Below are positions 8,226 to 17,769 of a DNA stretch of 38,905 nucleotides, piece after piece. Numbering within the stretch: the stretch's first letter is position 1; every line of letters starts with the position of its first letter. The notes beneath the pieces are model-generated. The model searched no databases. It saw nothing but the letters and a program-made list of their open reading frames with translations, and was not told the origin of the DNA. The position numbers and the translations under genes are program-made. The stretch comes from a virus (lineage: Duplodnaviria; Caudoviricetes), in IMG/VR virus record IMGVR_UViG_3300037483_000881, positions 1-38,905 of that record; one strand, given 5' to 3'.

Positions 8226-8671
8226 GTGCTGTACCCCTTTGCTTCGTGTGGGAGATACGACTTGACCACGGCCACATCTTCGCCCGGGCCGTCAACGGGT
8301 TTCGTCCATTCCTTTGGGCGTTCCTGCACCCCCGGCGACTCGAACGCCTGGTACATGGCCCTTTCCAGCGCCTCCCGGCGCTCCTTGACTTGGAACTCCC
8401 CGCCGCTTGCGAAGGTCGCCCTCTCCTGCTCGGCCGCCGCCCAGGTCCCCTTGAAATCGTCGGCGAGGGCGAGCCCGTTCTGTTCCATGAACTCGCGGTG
8501 CTTCGTCCTCGAACTCACGTTCACGGTCTGGACGTGCTTGTCCTTGTCCAGACCCACCGGGACTGGGCGGAGGTCTTCGTACTGCCGGTCGGTGAGGATG
8601 AACACCCGCGGGCCCGGTGCCACGCGCTCCACCTCCACCAGCCCGCCGTTCCTGTAGACGTACAGTGCCAT
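8222..8671 (-). CDS. Hypothetical protein downstream of portal
   Basis: ATG at 8671 overlaps the portal TAA; 'VSSRTKHREFMEQNGL' pattern, as I recall in post-portal genes of similar phages. Confidence 0.7.
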   Translation of the reverse strand: MALYVYRNGGLVEVERVAPGPRVFILTDRQYEDLRPVPVGLDKDKHVQTVNVSSRTKHREFMEQNGLALADDFKGTWAAAEQERATFASGGEFQVKERREALERAMYQAFESPGVQERPKEWTKPVDGPGEDVAVVKSYLPHEAKGYST

Positions 8672-10659
8672 TAGAGTAGCTCCTCCGGCCGCTTGGCCGC
8701 CGCGGTAGCCTTCGCCGCCGCTTCCTGTGCCTGCGCGCGAGCCTTCGCGCGCAGCTTCATCTCCTGCTCCGCCACGTTGTAGCGCAGCTGGTTCTCCTGC
8801 CGTTGACGGTCCGTCTCTACCCCCATCTGCATCTTCTGTATGTCCGCCTGAGTCTTCATCTGGACCCGCTGCATGTCCGCCTGCGCCTTCATCTGGGTTG
8901 CCACGACCTTCGGGTCCGGGGGTTGCTGCTGACCCTGCCCGGACTGCGCTGCCTGCTCGGCCTGCGCGAGGGCCTTGTCCAGTCGGCCTTCGATGGTAGC
9001 CCCGCCCTTGAACGCGGCGAGCGTCCACTTGATGAGGTCGATGAGCACGGGCGCGGCACTGGGGCCGAGCGTCTGCATCGCCGGAGCGGCGTCACGGAGG
9101 AGCGTCGCCAGGGCCGTCACGAATTGTGTACGCTCGTTCTGGCTGGCGGAGAAATCCTGCTGTGCCAGCGCCTCGGGCCGGATGACGATACGGTAGGACG
9201 GGAACTCCTCCTTGAGCATCCGCACCGCCTGTATGGCCTCCGCGGCGTCCGCCGTGCGGAGGACGTTCGAGCGCTTGAGGATGGTAGCCTCGTCGAACAG
9301 CTTGGTCACCAGCTCCGCCTTGAGCCGCTGTAGCCCGGTGGCCAGGCGGGCGAACTCGTCCATCGTGTGCTGGAGGCGCACGCTGCCGTAGCGCATCTTT
9401 CCGCGGGACGCCGTCGCGGTCTCGCCCGCGTCCTGGAGCTGCCCGCGCATGAGGTCCGCCCAGCCGGTGACCTCGTACAGGAGTTGTTTGGCCTCGGCTC
9501 GCTGGTCTCGGAGCTGCGCCAGGGTCTCCGCGATTTCCTTCATCGGCATCCAATCTATGACCGCGGCGAGCCCGCCCTTCTCGCTGATAGGCCCCCAGTT
9601 CACGGGCAGTAGCACGTTCTCCCCGGACTCGTTCATCAGCTTGGAGAGGTCCCCGCACTGGGAGTCGTACACACCCGCGACCTTCAACGCCCGCTCCAGG
9701 CAGGAGATGCGGCTCGAAAGGGTGTTGACGTCCTGGTACAAGTCCTGCGCCATGGCGTAGTCGGTGCGCGGCAGGAGCTTGGTCGTGGTCAGGTTTGCTA
9801 TCATGAACTCAGGGAACGGCCAGAAGCCCGAAAGGCCGTACGGGTCGTCCCGAGAGTCAAGGATGTGGCCGTAGCCCTCCACGTACCAAAAGACCTTCTT
9901 GTGCTGCTTACTCCAGATTTCCCAGACCTCACACCGGGACCACGGGTCAAGCTGGTGAGGCCCGTTCCCCTCCTCGTTGCCCCCGAGGAGCTGGGTTCCG
10001 AACGACACGCGAGCCGCGACCTCCTCGCCGAACCGGTGGGCCATGGCGTCCTTGTCCATCAGGGTCCGGTACGCCCACCAGCGCATGTCCTCGAACACGC
10101 GGCAGGGGCTCCAGCGCTGGTCCTCCCAGTAGATGTAGTCCGTCGCCACGTCTTCGCCCTGCCTCTTCTTGCGGTGGGCCGCGGCCTTCCCGTCCGCGCT
10201 GGCGGGCACGTCGTCGAACTCCGCCACGTAGCGCACGCGCGCCGAAGCGAAACCCACGATGAAGTAGTCGCACAGCGCGTGACGGAGCGCGCGCTGGAAG
10301 CCGTCGTCTTCGCGCTCGATGTCCGTGTTCAGGAGCCGCTGGAGGATGACGGGCCCGGCGATGCGCGCCTCTTGGTCGTTCGGGTCGTCGTACCGGCGCG
10401 AGACCTCGGACTGAGGCATCCGGCCGTACACCATGGCCTTACCCGTGGTGACGTTCGCCCAAAACAGGTTGGCCTTCTGGCGGTTCTTGCGGCCTTCGTT
10501 CGCCTCGCAATCCATGTACTCGTCGAGCCCGACCTTGGCAGAGATGTGCCAGGGCTCCATGAACTTCTTGGATGCGTCCATCTCCACCGCCCAGTACCGC
10601 GCCCAGCCCTCCGGGGTGTCGGAAAAGTCTTGCTGCCTGGTGATGAGCTTGTCTTCCAT
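8671..10659 (-). CDS. Portal protein
   Basis: 662 aa directly after TerL; 'NLFWANV', 'VWEIW', 'FWPFP', 'ETATA'; Gln-rich coiled-coil C-terminus (barrel-like). Confidence 0.88.
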   Translation of the reverse strand: MEDKLITRQQDFSDTPEGWARYWAVEMDASKKFMEPWHISAKVGLDEYMDCEANEGRKNRQKANLFWANVTTGKAMVYGRMPQSEVSRRYDDPNDQEARIAGPVILQRLLNTDIEREDDGFQRALRHALCDYFIVGFASARVRYVAEFDDVPASADGKAAAHRKKRQGEDVATDYIYWEDQRWSPCRVFEDMRWWAYRTLMDKDAMAHRFGEEVAARVSFGTQLLGGNEEGNGPHQLDPWSRCEVWEIWSKQHKKVFWYVEGYGHILDSRDDPYGLSGFWPFPEFMIANLTTTKLLPRTDYAMAQDLYQDVNTLSSRISCLERALKVAGVYDSQCGDLSKLMNESGENVLLPVNWGPISEKGGLAAVIDWMPMKEIAETLAQLRDQRAEAKQLLYEVTGWADLMRGQLQDAGETATASRGKMRYGSVRLQHTMDEFARLATGLQRLKAELVTKLFDEATILKRSNVLRTADAAEAIQAVRMLKEEFPSYRIVIRPEALAQQDFSASQNERTQFVTALATLLRDAAPAMQTLGPSAAPVLIDLIKWTLAAFKGGATIEGRLDKALAQAEQAAQSGQGQQQPPDPKVVATQMKAQADMQRVQMKTQADIQKMQMGVETDRQRQENQLRYNVAEQEMKLRAKARAQAQEAAAKATAAAKRPEELL

Positions 10660-10667
10660 GGCCTACC

Positions 10668-12134
10668 TCATGCCCTGCGGGGGCCGGCGTCGTGGCTTGC
10701 GGCCAGCTCCCACAACTGGTTAAGTGTCGGCGCTGCGACAACGGGTTTCGGGACCACGATGCGCCGCTGGGGCTTGCGCTCCAGGTGGCCACGGGCCAGG
10801 CGAATCATGATGGCCCCGTACCGGAAGGCGTCCGCCGTGTGCGAAGACCAGTCGTGCGCCGGCTTGTTCGAGAAGACCTTGTTATCCTCGTCGTACTCGC
10901 GGTGATACGCGCGCAGGGCCTCCACGCCGTCGTACATGGCGCACCGCGGGTGTATGCGCACGTCCAGTCGGAGGAGCTGCCGGGCCGCTTGTATGCCCTC
11001 CAGCAATCCGATGTTCGGGACGACCTGGACCGCGCTCGCCTTGCCCTTGTAGTGGACCATCGCGGCTTCCATGATGCTCGTGCCGGTCAGGAGCGTGCGC
11101 GCCCGCGCGTCGTGCGGGAGGTACACGACCTCGTACTTGAACCCGAATTGCTCCGCCCACGCGTCCGTCACCGCGAAGAAGTGGGACATCGGTTTGCTGT
11201 TCGCCTCGTAGTGTGCCACGAAGTCGGCCCCGCCGTCCGTCAGGCGGAACGCCCAGATAGCCGTGCTGTCGTTGATGCCTAGGTCGAACACCAGGAAGAT
11301 GCCGTCGCGCTCGTGCTCGAACGCGGCGAGCTTCCCCTCGCGCTCCAGGCGCTGAATCTCCGCCCCCCAGTACGACCCTACCATGGCCGCTGTAAAGTCG
11401 GTCATGTACTCCTGCGCTATCATCTCCTCGGCCATGCCCTCCTCGCGCTCCTCCGCGAGAATCATCTCCGCCTCGGCCTTCGAGTATCGACCGGCTGTGA
11501 AGATGTCAAGATGCGAGACGTAAAAACGCCGCATGCCCGCGTCCTGCTTTACCTTCCACTTCTCGTAGGTCTTGTACGCGTGGTTGTGCCCACGGGGAGT
11601 CATCAGGAAGGCGGCCCAGCCTCGCGACTCCCGGAGCATCGGGCGCACGAAGTCGTAGGCGCTGGGGCGCCAGAGCGCGAACTCGGAGCCGTTCAGCCCG
11701 AGGAGGCCGGCGCCCACCAGGGAGTCGATGGTATCGCTGCCCACAAACTGAATCAGGGACCCGTTCTTCAACTCCACCAGCATCTCCCCGGCCGGCGCCC
11801 ACTCCGAAGGCCGGCGCACGACCTCGCGCGGAAACACGCTGTCCATCAGGCGCTTGCCGTTCGAGGTGAGGAACGCGGTCCAGCAACTCTTGCGCGCCTG
11901 CTCGTACGTGGGCAGGCCGTGCCAGTACATCCCCACCTTATCGTGGGCCATCACTATCAGTTGGGACAGCGCGGTCAAGTCCTTCCCGTGGCGGCGAGGC
12001 CACACGCAGAGCGCACGCGCCGGCTCCTCGGGCGTGTGGCCGTTCATGTGGGCCATGAACTCGCGCTGAAACCGGAACGGGTTGAACTCATCCTGGCCCG
12101 CCACCGTCAGCACTCTGTAGGACTGTCCGCTCAT
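10668..12134 (-). CDS. terL: Terminase large subunit
   Basis: Walker A-like 'WPRRHGKD', 'PTYEQAR', 'SEFA', coupling motif 'TPRGHNH', nuclease 'DLGINDST', 'LPHDA', 'HDWSSHTADAFRY'. Confidence 0.95.
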   Translation of the reverse strand: MSGQSYRVLTVAGQDEFNPFRFQREFMAHMNGHTPEEPARALCVWPRRHGKDLTALSQLIVMAHDKVGMYWHGLPTYEQARKSCWTAFLTSNGKRLMDSVFPREVVRRPSEWAPAGEMLVELKNGSLIQFVGSDTIDSLVGAGLLGLNGSEFALWRPSAYDFVRPMLRESRGWAAFLMTPRGHNHAYKTYEKWKVKQDAGMRRFYVSHLDIFTAGRYSKAEAEMILAEEREEGMAEEMIAQEYMTDFTAAMVGSYWGAEIQRLEREGKLAAFEHERDGIFLVFDLGINDSTAIWAFRLTDGGADFVAHYEANSKPMSHFFAVTDAWAEQFGFKYEVVYLPHDARARTLLTGTSIMEAAMVHYKGKASAVQVVPNIGLLEGIQAARQLLRLDVRIHPRCAMYDGVEALRAYHREYDEDNKVFSNKPAHDWSSHTADAFRYGAIMIRLARGHLERKPQRRIVVPKPVVAAPTLNQLWELAASHDAGPRRA

Positions 12135-12685
12135 GTCGTCCCCGGAACGCGTACGATGACAAGCGAATTTTGGGGGTCCGAGCTGGCCACGCTTAGGGAG
12201 CTGGCCACTACGTTTTGGAACAGACGCAGCTCGACAACTTGACCCGCCGTCAAGCGGACCAGCCCCGTCCCGTGGGGGAAGATGTTGAGCCCGTTGGTCC
12301 CGGTCGGATACGGCAAGCGGGCAAACCGCAGCAGCTCCGCCGCCCCGCCGGAAGTTGTCAACGTGAGATACGCTTGGGAGGGTGCGACGGCCCCGCCCGC
12401 CGAAACGATACCCGCGTTGAATAAGTACAGCCCAGACTTCCCGGCCGGGGTCGTGAAGACCCCGCTACTCCACGCTCCGTGCGTGTCCACCGCCTCGACG
12501 GGATATGTAACGAGCGTCAGGACCCCCGTGGGAGTGGTGACCGTGTTGGCTCCCATGGCCGCGCGAACAACCACCTCCGTTAACCCCGCGCGCAAGTCGT
12601 GGATGGCCTCCACGACCGCCCGCCATTGGGGAATCGGAAACCGGGTGCCGTCCAGAAGACGGTTGCTGGTGAGGAAGTCGCCCAC
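12131..12685 (-). CDS. C1q-like domain virion/fibre protein
   Basis: 'FTTPAGKSGLYLF' and 'GLVRLTAGQVVEL' resemble C1q jelly-roll strands. Confidence 0.55.
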   Translation of the reverse strand: MGDFLTSNRLLDGTRFPIPQWRAVVEAIHDLRAGLTEVVVRAAMGANTVTTPTGVLTLVTYPVEAVDTHGAWSSGVFTTPAGKSGLYLFNAGIVSAGGAVAPSQAYLTLTTSGGAAELLRFARLPYPTGTNGLNIFPHGTGLVRLTAGQVVELRLFQNVVASSLSVASSDPQNSLVIVRVPGTT

Positions 12686-12688
12686 GCG

Positions 12689-12898
12689 TCACTCCCTGGT
12701 CTGCTCGTCGAGCTTGCGCAGCTGCTCCCGCTTGCGGAGCACGGCATCCCGCCCCGAGAGCCACGACGGGAGGGCCTTGTTCGCCTCCTCAGCCCCGGCG
12801 CGCGCCTTCTCCGCCTCTTCGTCCGTCGCCGGCCGGCGGGGCGTCAGGAGGGCCTTCACGCGCACCTTCGCGCGCTCGTACATCGAGGGTTCAGCCAT
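12689..12898 (-). CDS. Hypothetical protein (69 aa, charged, helical)
   Basis: GAGGAG RBS; packed tightly in the operon. Confidence 0.7.
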   Translation of the reverse strand: MAEPSMYERAKVRVKALLTPRRPATDEEAEKARAGAEEANKALPSWLSGRDAVLRKREQLRKLDEQTRE

Positions 12899-12902
12899 GG
12901 TG

Positions 12903-14909
12903 TCACTCCTCTTCGTTGGGGAGAATCGTAACGGCGGGGAGGCCCGCCTTGCCGTACTTCTTCACGTGCTCACGCAGGCGCTCGACTCCGCCGCGCCCGA
13001 GGATGGACCGGAACTTCTGGACGTCGGCACGAGGGGCGCCTAGCCCCAGCTCCTCCGCCATGCGGGTCTCGGCCGCGTTTTGGCCCCGCCACGCGCGGCG
13101 CAGGCCGGGGGTGTTCAGCTTCTCGCCCACGCGGGGGCTCACGTTCTCCAGCACACGCTCTGTCACGCGGCCCTCGCCGTACGCAGGCAGCTCGTTGTAG
13201 TGCCCGACGTACGAACCCAGCTGGACGTCCGCCCCGTTGCCTTGGAACTCGGGGGCGAGCTTCGCGAAGGTCTGCCGGAACTTCGCCGCGGGCATCGCGC
13301 CGAAGTCGCCCGTGATTGTGAAGGCCCCGCCGCCCGTGTCGATGAGGGACAGCCCGGCCTGGTTCACGCGGTCGTAGAGCAACGCGGTGAACTCCGGGTC
13401 CAGCTGCCCGCCGGGGAACGTGACGCGGGCCGCGGTCTGGAGCTGCGGGCTTGCGCTCGGCTTCACCATGTGGTAGGCGCCCGCCGCCTGGACGTCGGCC
13501 GCGCTGCGGAGTGTGTTGACGCCCCGTACCATCTCCTCCTCGGGTGCGTTCATCGCCGGGGTTTCCTGCCCCGGGGCGTAGCTCGACATCGGGTGCGCGC
13601 TGACGTTCGGGTTGTAGTCCGTCCGTGTCCGGGCCGCCGACTCGCCCTCGGGCAGGTACTCCGAGCGCATCGGGTACATCTTCACTTGCTGTCCGGCCTC
13701 GCGCATGGCGTCCGCGGCTTCCTTCCGCGTGTACCACTTGCCCTCGTTGTCCACGAAGCCCTCTTCGATGCGGGTCAGGTCTTGCTGGAGCCGGTCCGGC
13801 AGCTCGTCCATGTTGTGAAACCCGGCCGTGGGCACGTAGGACTTGCCCGTCTTGGCATCGCGGAAGGCCGCGCGCATCTTGAGCGGCGGGAGCGTCTCCG
13901 TGAACTGGCCGAGCCCCTCAGTCCGCGCTTGCTGGGGCATGCCGAGCGCCTGGTAGTACGGGTCCGCCTCACCTTCGGTGGACAGCCCGCGGGTGAGCGT
14001 GCGCTTCTGTTCGAGTGGGAGGTCCGCCGCGCCGGCCATGTGCCCGCTCGCGCGGCTCGGAATCTTCTCCGTGGTCTCGTGTACCGCGAAGCCGCGCGCC
14101 GCATCGGGCACGCTGGCCTGCGCCTGGCGCTGGAGGTCCGCCGCGCTCGCTCCGGGCTTCCTCGCCTTGAGCGCGCGCAGCTTCGCGCCCGTCCACGCCG
14201 CAGCCTGCCACGGGCCCACGCCTTCCGGCGTGCCCTCGGGTAGGAAGCCGGCCGCGTCCGCGCGCCCGCGGGCAAGGATGTTCTCCCCCGTCATGAAGTT
14301 GTGTTCACTCTCGGAGAACCCCGAGCGGCCTGGCTTGTGCCCGTACAGGCGACCCATCCACGAATCGTTCACCCCGACCACCGACGCCCCCTTGTCGCTG
14401 GGGTCCATTTGGCGGAAGTACGGGCCGGTCTTGGGCCCCAGGGCTACCTCGGGGTCCTTCCCCTCCAGCACGCCCTGGTACTGCCGGGCCTGGACGCCCG
14501 TCCGGTAGCGCGAACGCCCCGCGGCCTCGGGCCCTTCGAGGATGCTCCGGTTCTTCTGGGCGAGGGTCCAGTTGAGGGCGTTCGGGGGCGTGGCCTGGGG
14601 GCTGTAGATGGCCTGGCCAGCGGCTAGCTCCGTCGCTAGGCGCGGGTCCCCGCCGCTCATGCCCGTGTTCGCCCGGCGCGCGTCCTCGTACCAGCTGGCC
14701 CCGAAGGCGCCCTCCTGCGCGGCAGCGTCCAGCCTGGGGCGCACCTCGCGCTTGAGCTTCCGCATGGTCACGCCGCGCGGCGCACCGACGAGCTGCCCGC
14801 CCTCGCGAGCTACGAGGTGGGCCTCCGTGAGAGCACGGGCCCGCGCCTCGGCCAGGGACAGCTGGCGCCAGGCGCGCTCCGCCTTCGTAAGGGCCTTCAT
14901 CCCGGGCAT
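12903..14909 (-). CDS. Large mosaic protein with a putative HhH-glycosylase-like region
   Basis: 668 aa with good codon usage; motif series 'WY', 'SPQ', 'GPKT', 'NDSWM', 'QAAAW'. Confidence 0.6.
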   Translation of the reverse strand: MPGMKALTKAERAWRQLSLAEARARALTEAHLVAREGGQLVGAPRGVTMRKLKREVRPRLDAAAQEGAFGASWYEDARRANTGMSGGDPRLATELAAGQAIYSPQATPPNALNWTLAQKNRSILEGPEAAGRSRYRTGVQARQYQGVLEGKDPEVALGPKTGPYFRQMDPSDKGASVVGVNDSWMGRLYGHKPGRSGFSESEHNFMTGENILARGRADAAGFLPEGTPEGVGPWQAAAWTGAKLRALKARKPGASAADLQRQAQASVPDAARGFAVHETTEKIPSRASGHMAGAADLPLEQKRTLTRGLSTEGEADPYYQALGMPQQARTEGLGQFTETLPPLKMRAAFRDAKTGKSYVPTAGFHNMDELPDRLQQDLTRIEEGFVDNEGKWYTRKEAADAMREAGQQVKMYPMRSEYLPEGESAARTRTDYNPNVSAHPMSSYAPGQETPAMNAPEEEMVRGVNTLRSAADVQAAGAYHMVKPSASPQLQTAARVTFPGGQLDPEFTALLYDRVNQAGLSLIDTGGGAFTITGDFGAMPAAKFRQTFAKLAPEFQGNGADVQLGSYVGHYNELPAYGEGRVTERVLENVSPRVGEKLNTPGLRRAWRGQNAAETRMAEELGLGAPRADVQKFRSILGRGGVERLREHVKKYGKAGLPAVTILPNEEE

Positions 14910-14913
14910 GGCT

Positions 14914-15117
14914 TCACTTTCCGAGCACCCGACGCGTAGACACGCACGTCGGGCAGTAACAGGGGGTGATGATGGCCTGGCCGCAGCATGGGACCTGCCA
15001 ACCGGGCTCCGAAGGATGCGGGCCGTACATTATGCCCCCGATGACCTGGCGGCGCGGGTCCCGCACCTCCCGGCCGCACCCGTCACAGTGGACTATTAGT
15101 TCAATGAAAACCGGCAT
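14914..15117 (-). CDS. Small Zn-ribbon protein
   Basis: 67 aa from ATG 15117; 'HCDGCG...GW...CC...CYCPTC'. Confidence 0.65.
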   Translation of the reverse strand: MPVFIELIVHCDGCGREVRDPRRQVIGGIMYGPHPSEPGWQVPCCGQAIITPCYCPTCVSTRRVLGK

Positions 15118-15119
15118 CG

Positions 15120-15518
15120 TTACCATCCTCGGCGCGCGAGGCGCCTCCACCAGGGGTTCGTGACGCGCTGCCAACGGGAGGGGGGAGGGCCTCCGCCCGA
15201 ACCCGCGAAGACCTCCGGGGTGCCGGCAGGCGTCAGCGTGAGGGCCAGGGCGCCACTGAGGTGACGCTCCGCGACGGGCCCCGCCCCAAGCGTCAGCGTG
15301 AGGGCCAGGGTGCCGCTGAGGTGCCGCTCTGCAACGGGCCCCGCCCCAAGCGTCAGCGTGAGGGCCAGGGTGCCGCTCAAGGGGTGTGTAACCCCTCCCG
15401 CTGCCGGCGCATCCCAGAACACGCTTGCGCGCACGGGCGAGGCGTTCTTGGACAGCTCGGCGGCCCCGGGTATCAACACCCCTTGGCCCCACGTTAGGAG
15501 GTTCCTCGGCTTAGCCAT
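15120..15518 (-). CDS. Virion-associated protein with 20-aa repeats
   Basis: ATG at 15518 overlaps the upstream gene end; contains repeats of 'LSGTLALTLTLGAGPVAERH'. Confidence 0.65.
   Translation of the reverse strand: MAKPRNLLTWGQGVLIPGAAELSKNASPVRASVFWDAPAAGGVTHPLSGTLALTLTLGAGPVAERHLSGTLALTLTLGAGPVAERHLSGALALTLTPAGTPEVFAGSGGGPPPSRWQRVTNPWWRRLARRGW
15230..15378. repeat. 60-bp coding tandem repeat, about 2.5 units
   Basis: GCGTCAGCGTGAGGGCCAGGG occurs at 15230, 15290 and 15350. Confidence 0.9.
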
Positions 15519-16308
15519 TTGCCACCAGCATCTTGACAAAAGGGAGACCCGTCGCCGTAGAGTCGGGCTGTACCGCAAGGGTAAGCGCGCTGGTGTCGAA
15601 CACCTGGGGCAGCCCTACCACGTCGAACCCCAGCATGCCGCCCACGTTCACTACCGGCACCCGCAGCGTGGCCAGGCGGCGCACTACTACCAGGTTGAAT
15701 GTTCCGACCGTGCTTACCGTCGCGACGACGCTATTGAGCTGCTGAATGCCGCTGTCCCCCGCTTGCAGGGGGAGCATGATGATTCGCGCGATGGCCGGCG
15801 CTATGCCCGTGGCGACGGTGCCGGTAGTGCGACCCGCGGTGCCCGACTGGTTTGTATACGTAACCGCGATGCTAAGGTTGCCCGTGAACGCCGTGACCGC
15901 CTCCACCCACAGCTCAAGCCCGGTGAAGTCTGTCCCTCCGGGCACGCGGCCCGCGAAGCTCGGCTGGCTAGCGAGGGTCACGTTCGCATTGAACGCATAC
16001 GCCCCCGCGTGAAACAGCCGGTCGTACACGATGAGGTTGGACGCCACGCTGTTCACGTACTGTAAACCGGCCAAGTACCCGAGAGCGCCGCCCCCGAACG
16101 TGTTGACGAGGGGCCAGCCCACGGTGGCATCCGTAGGCACGAGACCGTTAGCCGTATTCCCTACCGCCAACGTCGCGGCCCCGGGGTTCCCCGCGGCCTG
16201 GTGAACCGCCGTGAGCTGCGCGGCGACCGCTGTTACACTCGCGGTCTTAGTGTACGTAACGTGCTGCCGCGCCGCCGCGATGAGCCCGTCCAGAGTGGTG
16301 ATAGCCAT
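15511..16308 (-). CDS. Putative virion structural protein
   Basis: 265 aa from ATG 16308 (MAITTLDGLIAA); Ala/Thr/Gly-rich; 'YDRL', 'YTNQSG', 'LPLQAGDSGI'. Confidence 0.7.
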   Translation of the reverse strand: MAITTLDGLIAAARQHVTYTKTASVTAVAAQLTAVHQAAGNPGAATLAVGNTANGLVPTDATVGWPLVNTFGGGALGYLAGLQYVNSVASNLIVYDRLFHAGAYAFNANVTLASQPSFAGRVPGGTDFTGLELWVEAVTAFTGNLSIAVTYTNQSGTAGRTTGTVATGIAPAIARIIMLPLQAGDSGIQQLNSVVATVSTVGTFNLVVVRRLATLRVPVVNVGGMLGFDVVGLPQVFDTSALTLAVQPDSTATGLPFVKMLVANG

Positions 16309-16310
16309 GG

Positions 16311-16709
16311 CTACGGACCCCCTTGCACGGACAGCGCGCCCGCGTTGAACCGCATCGTATCCCCGACTTGCACGGTGTTGGCCGCAGCTTTCCACCAAAG
16401 GAGGTTCCCCGCAACACCGTCGCGGAGGCCCCAGGCGTTGACCGTGCCCGACCACGTAACGGACGCCCACTCGATGACGTTCACGTTCGAAGTCGTGCGC
16501 GGGTCCCCGCTGGGCGCAGCCCAGTTAGCGTCCGCTTGCACGACCTGCTGCGGTGCGTAGTTCCCTCCGCTGACCTCGGTCCCACCCCCAGCATCCGAGG
16601 GAGCTGCGAAGAACAGCACGACGTATATGGCCGCTGGCTTGTACGCCGCAGCACTCCGCAGGAGGGCGTTCAGCACTTGTTCTTCCAGGTAGTGAGTTGC
16701 ACCGGCCAC
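16311..16709 (-). CDS. Small tail-fibre-associated/virion protein
   Basis: 'YLE..VLNALLR...YV.LF...P.D.GGGTEVSGGNY' is a widespread phage virion-protein pattern. Confidence 0.75.
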   Translation of the reverse strand: MAGATHYLEEQVLNALLRSAAAYKPAAIYVVLFFAAPSDAGGGTEVSGGNYAPQQVVQADANWAAPSGDPRTTSNVNVIEWASVTWSGTVNAWGLRDGVAGNLLWWKAAANTVQVGDTMRFNAGALSVQGGP

Positions 16710-16712
16710 GGT

Positions 16713-17117
16713 CTACGCCTCCTCGCCGCGCAAGCCAGAAGCTGCGTAACGCACAGTGATTACACCGCCCGTGTGCTGCACCCCATTACAGATGTGGGCA
16801 AGGTTCCCGTGCGGGTTCGCCACCGTGAACCCCGTCCATGCGTAGCGGCGCTTTCCGATGACGCTTGCCTCCGGCGCCTGGGCGATATCGGGGGCCCAAG
16901 CCCACCCGCCAGCGGCCGGATAGTACCGGTACGCGTCCAGTGTCCACGTGTTGCCCGTGAACGTCTGCCCGTCCTCCAAGTCAACGATGAGGTCGAACCC
17001 GCCTGTAGACTCCAGGCGGATGCCATCCGTGGGCGCGGAGTCCAAGGGCACGGCTTCCGTGGCGGCCTGAACCCCCGCAACGGAACGAGCGCCGGTCTTG
17101 GTCCATGTGGCCGCCAT
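16713..17117 (-). CDS. Putative beta-rich virion protein
   Basis: ATG at 17117 in a TGATG coupling; 134 aa. Confidence 0.6.
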   Translation of the reverse strand: MAATWTKTGARSVAGVQAATEAVPLDSAPTDGIRLESTGGFDLIVDLEDGQTFTGNTWTLDAYRYYPAAGGWAWAPDIAQAPEASVIGKRRYAWTGFTVANPHGNLAHICNGVQHTGGVITVRYAASGLRGEEA

Positions 17118-17227
17118 CAAACCACCCGAGAGCTACGGGCCCGACACGCCTTGGCCCAGCGCGCGAGAGCCCGCTTCGCGGCCCTGCGCTCAAGCCACAT
17201 GCGGGCCCGCTTTAGGATTCCCTTCAT
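17117..17227 (-). CDS. Small basic protein (36 aa, MKGILKRARMWLERR...)
   Basis: Below the ORF-track cutoff; GGAG upstream; fills the gap exactly, with its stop coupled to the next start. Confidence 0.55.
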   Translation of the reverse strand: MKGILKRARMWLERRAAKRALARWAKACRARSSRVV

Positions 17228-17230
17228 CAC

Positions 17231-17449
17231 TCACGCTCCGTCACGCCACTCGTCGTTGTACTCGTAGTCCACGCCCTCTAGTCTCGTCTGGACGTATCGC
17301 TTGCGCTCCCGCTTCACCTCGGCTAGCTTCGCCTGGACGCGCTCCGTGAACTCCCGCCACAGCGCCTCGCGACGCGCGGCCGGGCGCCCGAAGGTGCGTT
17401 CCCACCCGTCTTCGTACTCCTTCGTGACCGGCCGTGTACGTATCGCCAT
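17231..17449 (-). CDS. Hypothetical protein (72 aa)
   Basis: GAGGA RBS; 'TKEYEDGWERTFG'. Confidence 0.65.
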   Translation of the reverse strand: MAIRTRPVTKEYEDGWERTFGRPAARREALWREFTERVQAKLAEVKRERKRYVQTRLEGVDYEYNDEWRDGA

Positions 17450-17452
17450 GCC

Positions 17453-17560
17453 CTAGTCCTCTATGTAGAAACCTGCGTTCGCCCCGACGTCGTGGCACAC
17501 GCCCGTGCTGACCAGCAACAACTCGGGTTCGCCGTTCGTGAACCCGATACGGGGCTTCAC
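17453..17560 (-). CDS. Small hypothetical protein (35 aa)
   Basis: GTG at 17560 overlaps the upstream TGA; fills the gap. Confidence 0.45.
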   Translation of the reverse strand: MKPRIGFTNGEPELLLVSTGVCHDVGANAGFYIED

Positions 17561-17760
17561 CCGGCCACGACGCGGAACGGGATGCCCGTGGGTGTCTCCC
17601 CGACCACGTGGTCCGGGTACTCGCCCCGTACGTCGCTGGCCACGCACCGCTCGCTTGGGCACGTCCACACGTGAGCCGCTACGCGCTCCCCGCCGAGCAG
17701 GACGATACATGACGGCTCCCCTTCTACCATCGGCCGGGCACAGAATGGACAGCACCGCAT
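17557..17760 (-). CDS. Small Zn-finger protein
   Basis: GGAGG RBS; 'CPFC...WTCPSERC'. Confidence 0.65.
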   Translation of the reverse strand: MRCCPFCARPMVEGEPSCIVLLGGERVAAHVWTCPSERCVASDVRGEYPDHVVGETPTGIPFRVVAG

Positions 17761-17769
17761 GGCGTCCTC

